A stretch of DNA of 64,000 nucleotides, from positions 143,279 through 207,278 of the forward strand of contig NMRA01000008.1 in the NCBI GenBank assembly GCA_002633005.1, read 5' to 3'. Positions 54,201 through 64,000 of this stretch are shown here, in pieces. The stretch is from Phoronis australis (taxonomy: Eukaryota; Animalia; Phoronida). Within the stretch, counting starts at the first letter, position 1; each line of letters opens with the position of its first letter. The notes under the pieces were generated by a model. It saw only the letters and a program-made list of their open reading frames with translations. It was not told the origin of the DNA and ran no database searches. The position numbers were made by a program, and so were the translations under genes.

Positions 54201-57200
54201 GTGGTCCCTACAGTATTCGGGAAACTGGTTATCGTTTTATCACTATCCCATTTTCAGATCAATCAGCTACAGGGTTTTGTCCCTACAGTATTCGGTAAAC
54301 TCTGATTAACGTTTTATCACTACCCCATTTTCAGATTGATCAGCTTCAGGATGTGGTCCCTACGCTTCGCTTCACTCAGGATACTGATTATTACTTTCAA
54401 GCTAGTGTCATCACTCTTGTGGACCTCACTGTAGGAAATGAACCACTCAGTTCTACTGACAAGGTGAGTCGGCCAGGTCATGAGGTCGCATCGATGGTGG
54501 CCTGGTTGTATGGTAGAGCTGGAATGAGTTTTGCTGATGCCACCGTCTCGCAAAGGGGACTGTTAATATCACGTGCTCGCTTGTAATGCATGGCAATATC
54601 TCGCAGTCTTGCTTGATCTGGCATTTTCACAAACCGATACTCTTGTCTACAGAACGCATGCCAGCTCACTCTTGTTCATTTCTGCAGAAGCTGGGTTTGG
54701 GACTTGTTGGACACTGCATGAATTTCAAATATGGACTTTACACTTGAGCCATTTGGATCTACCATTTCGTGTATTGTTACGCATTCACGGTAGTTTAGTG
54801 ACAGGAGAGCATTTAAGTGATAGAAGGTTCGTTCGTGTGATGTAGCCTGCGGTTCTCATGGCTAAGTGAATTACACAAAACATTTACGGAACCTAGTGGG
54901 TTTTTTTTATTTCCTGCTCGTTAGGTGTACTAACAGTATTTAGTGGTGAGAACTAAAATCGACACAATTTGTAATTCATCTCGCGTATAATAATCGAGTG
55001 AAGTGCCACGTGCATATGTTGTATCACAGTTGACTACTGAACGAATCGCCTGTCTTTAGAATTGCGCTTCTCGCAGTGGGGTGTTAAACTAAGCGGAAGA
55101 AAAACGTACCGCTAGGTGTGATTACTCTGAGATTTATAAGTTGCTGAAACTATAGACTATGCTAGCTCTGTGTGAACATGGCTTGTGTCCAGGAAGTCGT
55201 AGTACATTCTTGATATCTGGCAGTTTTCGAAAAGTCAGCAAATTTCGACACTTGGTTAGGGGACAAAAGCAAATAAAATCAGACGCATTTCTTTATCACT
55301 GAAAATTTAGCTGAAAATTCTCGCTCCGAAAATTCTCCAGTTATTTGACAAGTAGATGTTTTTACGTTACCCTTTAATGTGCAGATTACTCCCACACTGA
55401 CGCTGAACACCTGCAGGCATTGCTTTACCACATCCTTCCTGTTTCCAATGCAATAAACTTAAACTGGTAGAAATGATTACAGGTGCAGTACTTAACAAAG
55501 ATTTACACGCTCAGTTAACTCGGGAATGTCTTAATAAGTAGGCTCGACTTTTATTTATTTATTTATATATTATTTATTATTGTGATGTTTAAAATGAGGG
55601 TAGCTTCTTCAGTGATAGCACTGCTTTCCAAGAGGGCCCTCGACTTGCTGCTTGGCTGGGGTAAGGCAACTCGCCTGGTGTGCAAGGTCTGTAAAAGCTA
55701 TTCCTATGGCATGCAGCCCATGCAAATCATGACTTGTAGCTGTGGTGGTCTGTTTTGTAACCTCACAATTTTTATGTGGTTTCATCCATTTTGATATTTC
55801 AGAAGCAGTTGCACAAACTAATTCCGCAAATGAAGCTGGTGACTAGTAAACTACGTGACAAGTTTAACCAGTTAGATACTTCACGGGTGAGTAGGGCTTG
55901 AAATTTTCCTCTTTTGAGAGAATTTTCACTTTTTTGGTTTCGATTTCCTCTTATTCGATTTCCAGTTTCCTCTTTTTTGTGTCTTTTTTTATTTTTGTGG
56001 CTTCGTTCGTGCAAAAAGGTGTATTTCAATTAAATTTTGCAACACAAGGAATATTTCTATCACACAGGCCTATTTATTTGTGGAATGATAAGTCACTTGG
56101 AAAATTTTCCTGGTTTTTGTCATTGGTCATTCNNNNNNNNNNNNNNNNNNNNNNNNNNNNNNNNNNNNNNNNNNNNNNNNNNNNNNNNNNNNNNNNNNNN
56201 NNNNNNNNNNNNNNNNNNNNNNNNNNNNNCAGTCTCTGGGTGAGTAACATAGAGGCCAAGGGTGAGTGACCAAGAGGGGTTAGGGGTGAGTGGCCACGGT
56301 CAATCATTGGACGGCTTTTGAAGTGAGGCTGCGTCTTTATCAAGGCCCTGAATATGTAATTTCAAATCGAGATAACAGGAGTCTGCATCCGTTTAAAACG
56401 TCAAAAATTCTGCTTATGGCTCCAACCATACATATTAAAAGTGGTTGAAAAATTTCCCTGGTCGCACCTAGTCTTCAATCAGCAAACGCGAAACCTGAGG
56501 TACACACTCCGTACCCATGCCCTTGAAGTTCACACACGCCAAAAATATTCAATATTCTGAAACCAAGCTGCAGGTATAGCCATTGGTCTGGGTTAGCAAT
56601 CAGTGAACAGTTGCATGAAAACAGTCTCAATAAGGACTCCACCATGTTCTGTAAATTTTCAGTGCATTTGCAGATTTTATCCTCTCACTTACGTTATGTA
56701 TTATTTCACCTTTATTTTGAGCTCTTAATAATAATAGTAATACATGTGAAAAGTGGTCCCTTGTTTCATTGAATTTAAATTTAAATCCTTAAATTAGGGA
56801 AATTGCATGAAAAGGTCCCTATTTATTTTCAATATTAATAATTAAGTGTATAGTTTACTCTGGGTGAATATCATAGCAATGAAGACAGGATCATTCAGCG
56901 TTTGCACAAAGTCTGCCATTGAAATTTGGGGAACATAGCTGAGTCCCTATTGGGACTGGTTTATGCAACCGGCCACTGTTTCCCTGGACTAGAGTATGGT
57001 CTTCTGGTGATGAGTGGAGTTTAGGGGTGCAGATACTGGAATGTGTACCCCAGGCATGGTGTTTAGTGGTCCGCGACTAGGGCTCAGGGGAACATAGCTG
57101 GACTATAGAGGTGTAGCCATGTTATCGCTCCCCCCTCGTAGTGTAGCATGGTATGGAAATGTATGGATATTGCTATGACCCCCTGTGGCAGTCGTAGGTT

Positions 57201-59775
57201 TTTGCAACGGCAATATCTATCTAGCTCTCTGAACGATTATTATGAAACTTCTTTTAATTTCTGGCGTCGGGAGCTAGTGTCGATTGTCAGATGAAAAACT
57301 AGTTTGTTGCTTAATTTTCATAGACCTTCTCAGTCAGCCCTCAGCCATTTTTTTCTATTGTATAATTTTTCTCATTTCTTTCAAAAGGTCTGTTTGTGTA
57401 CTGTGATAGCTGTGTGCGCGGCCAAATAACATTACTTAGTGTTACAAACCATCATGTTTGTGACCAGTAATTACTGGGATCGAGGCTGTGTGCCACCCTG
57501 AAGTCCATTTCATGGAAGTGACTGAAGATTGGAGACAGAATTTGTGGTCTTCCTCTCCCACTTCACAATTTCTGAGTCAAATATTAACCAAGTAATTATG
57601 AGCGCAACACAGTCTAGAAATAAGTTGGAGAATTCATCTCAGTAACTAGTAGTTACGTGTATATTCTCAGAGACTTTGCACTTAAGCTCGTGTGAGATTT
57701 ATTCATCGTTTCAGAAATAGTTCTGTGGAGCGTGAGACAAAATGTCTGAATTAAGTCTTTAGTCAGTTTTGGTGAAACTGGCTCCAGGCTTGTTTTAAGC
57801 AGACGTTGCATGCTGGCTGTAATCTAGATTATGACTCATACTGCTGAAGTTCGTGAAGGCATCTATCAAGCTGTTTTCTATCCTTTAATTTCTCAGTTGG
57901 TCAGTTCTACCTGGGCCTGAAGCATGATATGAAAACTTCTTTTCCGATTTTGGACAAAAATAGATGTCAGAAGGCCATTTTTAATTTTTTTCGAGTTTTT
58001 AACATTATTGTTAATGACCACAAAAGTTGAATGTGGAAATGCATTTAGTTTGCTGCTGCAAATGTTTCATTGAAAAGCTGATACAGTGTGACTTCACTAC
58101 TGAGCCATATTGTTTCCTAAATTGGCGAGATTTTACCCTGTCTTCACTTGCGTCCTCAAGTGCAAACTTAGATAAGGTATCTTGTCACCTTAAACCATTA
58201 TGTGCAAAAACTCAAAATTAAAGACACCTTTTTAATTTCATATTCATGCTCGAGTAGATCAGACAATATTGGAAGGGAGTTGGGGTTACGTGGTTAGATT
58301 ACCAGCCCTGGCTATACAGTGATGTCATTAAACATTTGACCTTTTTGTGACCTTCAGGTGAAAGATATGCTGGTACGTGTGGTTAGTAAATGGAAGTTAA
58401 TGGCCCACGGACTCGGACGACAGGTGAGTGAGCGCTGATTCTTCAGGGCTCGACAGTTTAATCCTTTTACTTAAAATGGCACTCTACATTATTTTAGACA
58501 TTTTCCCTTCTCCTTCGATTCAAAGCCACATTTGATGACCCCTAGATTCTAGCTACAAACTTGAGTAAAGATTAAAGATTTTGAGTAAAACTTGAAATTA
58601 AGTTCAGACTGGGACTTATAGCTTTAATGCTGGGATTACAGTCATTCACGTAGATCATAATACACTCGGCATAGAATGATTCTCATATTGAGTTCGTAAA
58701 GCGGGAAATTTTACAGAAATAAGATCCCAGGCCCAGGTGTGACATTTTCATGTTAGTATGCGAACCCAGACTTGTATTGTTCCTATGAGGTATTCTATAG
58801 ACTTAGTGCGAGATATGTAGCAAAGCAGATTATTGTCTTTTTCCCCATTTTCACTCTCGTCAACGGCAAGGCTGGAACAATGAATTGTGGATGAAAAGCT
58901 AACTAAACTATTTCCCTCTGTGACAGTGGTACCTATATTGAAAAGTAGCCATGCGAAATGATAAATGACTCACAGAATTCTATGTGTAGGCGTCTATAGA
59001 CATGTCTTGGCTTGGACGTTTGTCATATACTGGTGGTGTGGAATGAGCCGGAATTAAAATGAATCATTTTGTCGTTTTGTTTGACGCCTCATAATCTTAC
59101 GCATGTCAAAATTATGCGGACTGCATTGATTTACTCTGTCATTGTAGTTGCAGCAACCACAAGCCATAAGCCACAAAAACATTTTTCTCAATAGATTGAG
59201 CAGTGTATTGACGAGTTTCTCAAAATCATTCAATCGGAATGTTTGAATTTTATTTTCCACCCAATCGGAATGTTCGAATGTTACTTGATTTCGCTAATCA
59301 ATGAGAAGTCGTGCTACGTGATCCTTTCTCAAAGCTACCTCTCATAGCACTGGGAATGAGTAACTCAGTATTTCCATTCCATTAGCCAAGTTTTGCGCCA
59401 TGGAACGTGGCCGCTGGTGAGCGCCAGGATATCAATGGAAACAGGGAAAGTCTACTTTGTACTTGCCGTGAATGAATACACAGTAGTCACTCAATATGAA
59501 ATAATCATCAGATCGACCTAACCGGTAAATAATGCAGAACAGTGCGGTGGTGAGAACGTCGGTATAAATTATGTTGGAAATGCCAAGTTTTTTTTATTTT
59601 TGAAATGTGTTTCCGTTATAGATAAGTGAGTTTAGTTGAATTTTTCCTCTTACTGTTGTAGACCAAGATGTTTGAGTTCCACTCTCCTAAGAAGAAGGTT
59701 AATGTTGAGCGCGTGCGCTCCACTGCAAGGTCAGACAGCGAGTCGGATAGCGAAGAGAAACTGGAAATGCAATGA
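38030..59775 (+). CDS. SLF2: SLF2/FAM178A-like SMC5-SMC6 localisation factor (CANIN domain), 15 coding exons, ~925 aa
   Basis: Phase-consistent join of 38030-39216, 43160-43208, 44016-44156, 45876-45968, 47063-47225, 47852-47947, 48629-48769, 49538-49601, 50917-51024, 51447-51603, 52834-53019, 54335-54463, 55803-55886, 58358-58423, 59662-59775 (2778 nt). Motifs DHHPGEKIF, LRWLF..SIH, WHPTVQDV..VFVNYG, HHHNKVFLVQLLP..RGRFLRQRLS and VKDMLVRVVSKW parallel vertebrate SLF2. Confidence 0.9.
39294..40210 (+). mobile_element. Dispersed DNA-transposon-like repeat (CAGGG terminus, hAT-like)
   Basis: Homologous to 29920-30795 in opposite orientation. Confidence 0.75.
40530..41870 (+). mobile_element. 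Helentron-associated (HINE/DINE-1-like) element with eight ~147-bp units
   Basis: 5' TTTTTATGCACCCACATATTTATATGTGG, CCGTCCGTCTGTCC microsatellite, tandem units each with an NCCNCTAGTGGC-type motif, and a 3' short hairpin TGT(T/C)G..CGACA followed by a T-rich end. Confidence 0.7.
43160..43208 (+). CDS. SLF2: SLF2-like exon 2
   Basis: STKPLPSTPVKSDASGQ; tgcag / gtgagt; phase 2 to 0. Confidence 0.7.
44016..44156 (+). CDS. SLF2: SLF2-like exon 3
   Basis: SNDPADVAP..TLDKLLEEKVPEDDDSYIKMKDDLQ; ttcag / gtaagt. Confidence 0.85.
44850..44925. repeat. Imperfect (TAT)n microsatellite
   Basis: Directly visible. Confidence 0.9.
45876..45968 (+). CDS. SLF2: SLF2-like exon 4
   Basis: QGIEQGGIHKLSELSFSQEGISEEHEAKLAR. 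Confidence 0.85.
47063..47225 (+). CDS. SLF2: SLF2-like exon 5
   Basis: EIEDHHPGEKIFDQSLYMQLFTQHTLSLKTCGF. Confidence 0.92.
47404..47543. repeat. Tandem duplication of a ~71-bp unit in an SLF2 intron
   Basis: ACTTTGAAATTAAATGAGACTTTACTGCATAGGCGCCACCTTCAGTGTTCTATTGCAACTC(G/A)AGGTGAG occurs twice. Confidence 0.92.
47852..47947 (+). CDS. SLF2: SLF2-like exon 6
   Basis: DCLHDLLTSDICCVLLPSLPHSAALLRWLFLL; donor gtaagt. Confidence 0.88.
48629..48769 (+). CDS. SLF2: SLF2-like exon 7 (GC donor)
   Basis: LSIHADAKVVEGITKTL..WHPTVQDVLTVFVNY; donor G|gcaagt. Confidence 0.88.
49538..49601 (+). CDS. SLF2: SLF2-like exon 8
   Basis: GATFNRLLPEEQISFYCEENM. Confidence 0.82.
50335..50385. repeat. 12-bp tandem repeat CTAGGACCTACG
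   Basis: About 4 copies. Confidence 0.85.
50917..51024 (+). CDS. SLF2: SLF2-like exon 9
   Basis: RKDALLPPPLDTPPGGDHQLYNFNCIVDVLHCAIYQ. Confidence 0.82.
51447..51603 (+). CDS. SLF2: SLF2-like exon 10
   Basis: RASSYNEQELYALFVILLKVSLD..LATILDAMPNKSWLDH. Confidence 0.9.
52834..53019 (+). CDS. SLF2: SLF2-like exon 11
   Basis: VSALCHTVANMDTHHHNKVFLVQLLPVTKRGRFLRQRLSFSILSSLL. Confidence 0.92.
53990..54363 (+). repeat. 75-bp minisatellite made from the exon 12 acceptor region
   Basis: Units start at ~54001, 54076, 54151, 54226 and 54303. The last unit runs into the real exon. Confidence 0.92.
54335..54463 (+). CDS. SLF2: SLF2-like exon 12
   Basis: IDQLQDVVPTLRFTQDTDYYFQASVITLVDLTVGNEPLSSTDK; donor gtgagt. 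Confidence 0.85.
55803..55886 (+). CDS. SLF2: SLF2-like exon 13
   Basis: KQLHKLIPQMKLVTSKLRDKFNQLDTSR; tttcag / gtgagt. Confidence 0.85.
56133..56229. other. Assembly gap
   Basis: N run. Confidence 0.98.
58358..58423 (+). CDS. SLF2: SLF2-like exon 14
   Basis: VKDMLVRVVSKWKLMAHGLGRQ. Confidence 0.9.
59662..59775 (+). CDS. SLF2: SLF2-like terminal exon
   Basis: TKMFEFHSPKKKVNVERVRSTARSDSESDSEEKLEMQ*, including an NLS-like PKKK. Confidence 0.8.
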   Translation, partial: TKMFEFHSPKKKVNVERVRSTARSDSESDSEEKLEMQ

Positions 59776-61471
59776 AGCGAGTGTCCATTCATGAAGCAGA
59801 AAATGGCAATAATCACTTACAGGAGTGTCAGATTTTGAGAACCAGTTTGATGTCTGCTATTTATTGGAGAAAACTGGTTCTCAAACTGCAGTATCCCTCT
59901 AAGTGACTATACACCGTATTCACGCAGTCGCCATTTTAAAAGTTAGCCTCTTTTTAGGTGTTAAAAACAATGTATTTTGTACTTAAATACATAGTAAAGT
60001 GTGATTTTTTGCGTGCCTTGTTATATTCATGTCTCAAATGCATTGTTTTTTTAAAATAAAAAAGAGGCTCAGTACTAATATGTGCACTGTTTGTATCTCT
60101 GAAGTGCAAATAGTTCAAGGGGAACCTTTTATCTAGAACCAGTTTGATGCTCGATCTTGAGTGGAGAAAACTGGTTCTCAAAATGCAAGTGACTGTCATC
60201 CAGTTTAGTTTACTTTGTGTAAAGGCATTTTGAGACTTTCTAGTCTATGTCCACAAAATGAAATTACCCAAAAAAATGCAATTCCTCAAACGGGATGTGC
60301 GACGTAGTAAGCCCGGTAGATGTTCTCTCACTTTTCCATTCAGATAACTGGGATTCTTTTTCAAGTCGTCTCGCGCAGTTCTCGTCCCAGCCTTGACGCA
60401 TACCGATGCTCCGCGTTTGCACTGAATTACTTGCTCAGCACCAGTTTGAAGAATTGCTAATTTTGTTTCCGTGAAAATCAACATGATGGGTTCGAAATAT
60501 GTTTCAGTGTTAGCAAAATATACAAAACCGTCCAAAAACGCAGACAAGAAAGTAACATTCCTTTTTTAGCAGACTGAACATGAAGACCATGTTGCGGGTT
60601 GCGGGGATAATCTCTGTGAAGAAATTGACCGTCTACGTGGCGAAAGGTAGAATGGAGTACAGAATACGACTTGTGTGTTTGTGCTTTGCCTGTTTGCAAT
60701 TTGTGGTAAATCTAAAATATTCATACGCTGCTTATTTGGGAGAGCTCTTGTTGCAGACTGTATTCAGGTTGTAGTTTATAGTGTCATGGAGTATATCACT
60801 TTTGAATTTAGTATTTCTAATCTCTTGTGGTAAAGTGTGCAAGGGAAAGTTCATATTGTTTTATTTTTATTATGTTGATACTGTGTTGAAAGCGATGTGG
60901 ACTTGAAGAAGTCAGTGTATACTAGGTCACAGTTTTGTTATTTTTCTATGAAGTTGGTGTAGCTTGTTGTAACTTGTAAATTACTTTAAATATGTTATGT
61001 TAGATTTTAAGATTAAAATCACTAGTAAATATGAGACGAAATGTTCTCTTTCTGGTTGTTTGTTTTATGGGCCTAGTCACAGAAGGGCACTCGTCTGGTC
61101 TGCTGCATCCTGACCGTGGGTTGTTCATCATTATATTTGTGTTAAGCCATTCATTATCTCAGTCTCAAATCACTGACAATTTTCAAAGGGATAAAATCTT
61201 CCAGAATTAATGCAACAAGGAGAAGTTTGCTAAAATGCTACCAGAATCACAGTGAATCAATGAAAATTAGCCAGATTGTTTGTTTTTGACAAGAGGAAAT
61301 TTTGCAAATTTTTGAAATGTGATTCAATCAGTTGCTGTATCTTGAGTAAATGCTCGTCTTTGAATTATTTAAAAATTTATTTTCACAGATGTGAAGCATA
61401 CAGTGAAAAGATTCGTTTCACGTGCCCACTTACAATTTATCAAAAGTGAACTCGTCCACTTTTGAATTCTG

Positions 61472-61633
61472 TCAGCAGTGTAGCTTGATTCCCTTCATCT
61501 CCCTATCAAAAATGAACTCGCCCACTCCGGGGTCCTTCATGTGCAATCGCGTCAGCTGTTGTATAAAGTCTCCCACTTGTTTGATAGTATTAATCTGCTC
61601 AGTTAGGAACTCGCCTTCAAGGAAATCAAGCAT
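61472..61633 (-). CDS. Ferritin, terminal coding exon (earlier exons not found; probably beyond the window)
   Basis: MLDFLEGEFLTEQINTIKQVGDFIQQLTRLHMKDPGVGEFIFDREMKGIKLHC*, matching the ferritin D and E helix pattern DFLE..L.EQ...IK..GD....L.....G.GE..FD. Strong polypyrimidine acceptor at the conserved phase-0 position. Confidence 0.93.
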   Translation of the reverse strand: MLDFLEGEFLTEQINTIKQVGDFIQQLTRLHMKDPGVGEFIFDREMKGIKLHC

Positions 61634-64000
61634 CTGGAAGAAAAAAAAAACTAGGAATAGTTAACGACAACAAAATCATGCCCGGATTTTCCGTAGATAA
61701 GCTCATGGGCGTGTATTCGGAAAATGAAAATTTTCAGGTGTTTACTAACACCAGATGAACCCCCTGGCGTTTATTCGGGAGAGGGCGGCTTGTAAACGGA
61801 AAGTCATAGTTTTGATGACTTTGACATTTTTTACCTAAAACTGTGTTTTTAAAGTTTATGTTAATAAATGCATAGTTCGCCAACACCTTTTCGTTTTTGT
61901 AAATGATAAATGTTCCAGGAAACTGAATTTGAGACAAAATGTTGATGCTGAGGGAGCTTTTAAAGCCCAACTTCAACGGAATTTTGTTATTTTAGATGTA
62001 TTGGGCTAACCAGATAGTCCTAGCAAAGCCTTAGTAAAATAAGAAAACGCGAGTTCAATCACGCAACTGTAAGCTCGACAAATGATAAGTGAGAAGCTAC
62101 CTTTTCGCGCCATGTTGCGTCACCGCGAGATCCCAGCACAAACAACAACAGGTTGTATTGAATAGACCTAACTCACGTGGCGGACATTAAAATCCAAAGC
62201 GAGGTTTACATTGCGTGAGTTAAATAGCCGGTATTTCGAGTCCAACCTGGATATTAAATCTTAAAAATGTGTCGATAATTAACCACAGAGACGTAGAGAA
62301 ATACATTAGAGAACAAGTCAATACACCAAAGAGTTGTCTGTCGTAAGGGTATAATTTTTTTTTCGGAAAATTATGTTCGAAACATGAAAAGTAAATATGA
62401 CCAAACTGCGGCGATCGTCAAGGTAGTGTTACGGATTAGGTATTATGCTGAATGCAGGGTTACGTTTCTTCTTGTAAATTGTTGATAAAAATGCTTTCTA
62501 CACGAACCAGATCATCTGCTTGTATTTTTGACGAGTTGAAGATATATTCGACAGTCTCTCATCGCATTTTGCTGTCATGTGCAATTAGTCACATCTGGTT
62601 TAATTCGTTGATCAAAAGTATTATCATCAAGCATATAGCCTATGTCCTGGTGAGGTAGGGACTACCGGGACTAACACGTGATTTGTCATTGATCTGAAAG
62701 AATAACTGATGTTATTAAATATATTTTTTATTAAATTAAAAACAGGCTCGTACTTGAAAATAAAAAATATTTGAACACTTTTTAAATTTTGAAAGTAAAC
62801 AAAATAAAAAACGAGTAGGCCTACAGCCTCAAAAATCGCTTTTGCATTATATCCAGGTTCTCATTCACTCCCTTGCACACATTCACAAGTAATTATTTGA
62901 CCATCAAATCTGCTTTTTTGGTTTTAATAATTCTATTACGTTTATTTCATGTGTTAGGTTTCAAATATCAATCTGAACCGAGTTGAATTTTAAAATTAAA
63001 ACGCCTAACTCGTTCGTCCAAAGCATAACCTTGTTTTTGAGCTCAATTTCAGTTAACTGCACAGTGCAAGCATAGTTATCATGTTTCTTCAAGGGTCTCG
63101 TTCATCCCGAGGAAAGATGCTTGTGTGCCTTCGTGAGAGGGGCATTTCTTCTCCGAGTGAGGGGAAAAATCTACCTCCCGATCATCATCAATAACACACC
63201 CGCCCTGTGCTCTTTCAAATGGTCACCTGTGTGGATACAGGTGATTTGAACTTCAGAGAGAACTTTTCAATCACTAGGAGAATTTTTAGGGCCTCGTGGG
63301 GGGAATTTCGGGGGATTTTTCAATATTTTTGAGAGGGGAATAGGGATGATATTCGGCCCCAAAATCGAGGGATTGAGGGCCCTGTTTTTTTTTTGGAAAG
63401 AAACATGCATCATCTTTGAACCCGTCGTGATGGAAACAGCCTGGCTGAAAGAAGATTCTCCGGTCGTTGCTATGACGCCTCGGCAACCGAGATGCGACAA
63501 AATATGATCTAACTTTCCGAAAACATTTATAAATTTTACACGGACATATTTTCCTTCGTCGCGCATATGGCAACGCCCCAACGCTTCCGAATCTCAACGT
63601 TCTCAGGGTTTGTAAAACAGACAGTTGAGTGTACGTATTTTTTCTAGCCGTTCGAGCAACGCGGAATACAGCCGAGTTAATCCCGCCTCCACGGGAACTT
63701 AAAAATCTTAGGGGCGCTACTTGGAAAACTTCAGGAGGATTTCAGCTAATTTGCTTGAGTCGAAACTGTATTTTTATTCAAGAATTCAAGTCGCCATATC
63801 GATGATTGCGAGGCAGTCAGTCGGTGAGTTTTCGCCCTGGGATTTCAGCACAATTTTCTGTAAAATGATGGCAATGCACCACAATTTTGTAGTAAGTCTT
63901 TCATAGATTACAGATACGTCACAGAGCGTAAATGTGATGAATCTTAGCTTCCGATTTCACCCGTTGGAGACCGGCTTTCAGCGGCCTTGGGTTATAATAA

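Noticed and set aside
53953-54309. 118-aa ORF with 25-aa repeats
   Set aside because: By-product of the 75-bp intronic minisatellite, in a different frame from the SLF2 exon.
56230-56246. Missing SLF2 exon ending at gtgagt after the gap
   Set aside because: Exons 55803-55886 and 58358-58423 already join in phase and cover the conserved alignment.
61700-64000. Upstream ferritin exons or an iron-responsive element
   Set aside because: No ferritin-like translation or convincing IRE stem-loop found; the region looks intronic and repeat-derived.

Overview
Eukaryotic (animal) draft-genome DNA, AT-rich, with introns and N gaps. The repeat and gene content suggest a marine invertebrate, possibly a deuterostome (inference). 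Three host genes can be assembled by hand. (1) A minus-strand interferon regulatory factor (IRF4/8-like DNA-binding domain; exons 11238-11404 and 6754-6934) with an uncertain first exon and an apparently truncated C-terminus. (2) A plus-strand SLF2/FAM178A-like SMC5/6 localisation factor with 15 coding exons from 38030 to 59775, about 925 aa, and one GC-AG intron. (3) The last exon of a minus-strand ferritin (61472-61633). The rest is mostly transposon-derived: a full-length but decayed Academ DNA transposon (853-4965), LINE and Penelope fragments, a TA-flanked TIR element carrying a HIRAN-like remnant, Helentron-like elements with arrays of CTCF-like motifs, and nested MITEs. The most interesting hypothesis is a compact site at about 34.3-34.5 kb, rich in STAT/NF-kB/AP-1/ETS motifs and bounded by two outward-facing splice donors. 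It may be a head-to-head promoter shared by the IRF and SLF2. All family assignments come from motifs recognised by eye, not from database searches.
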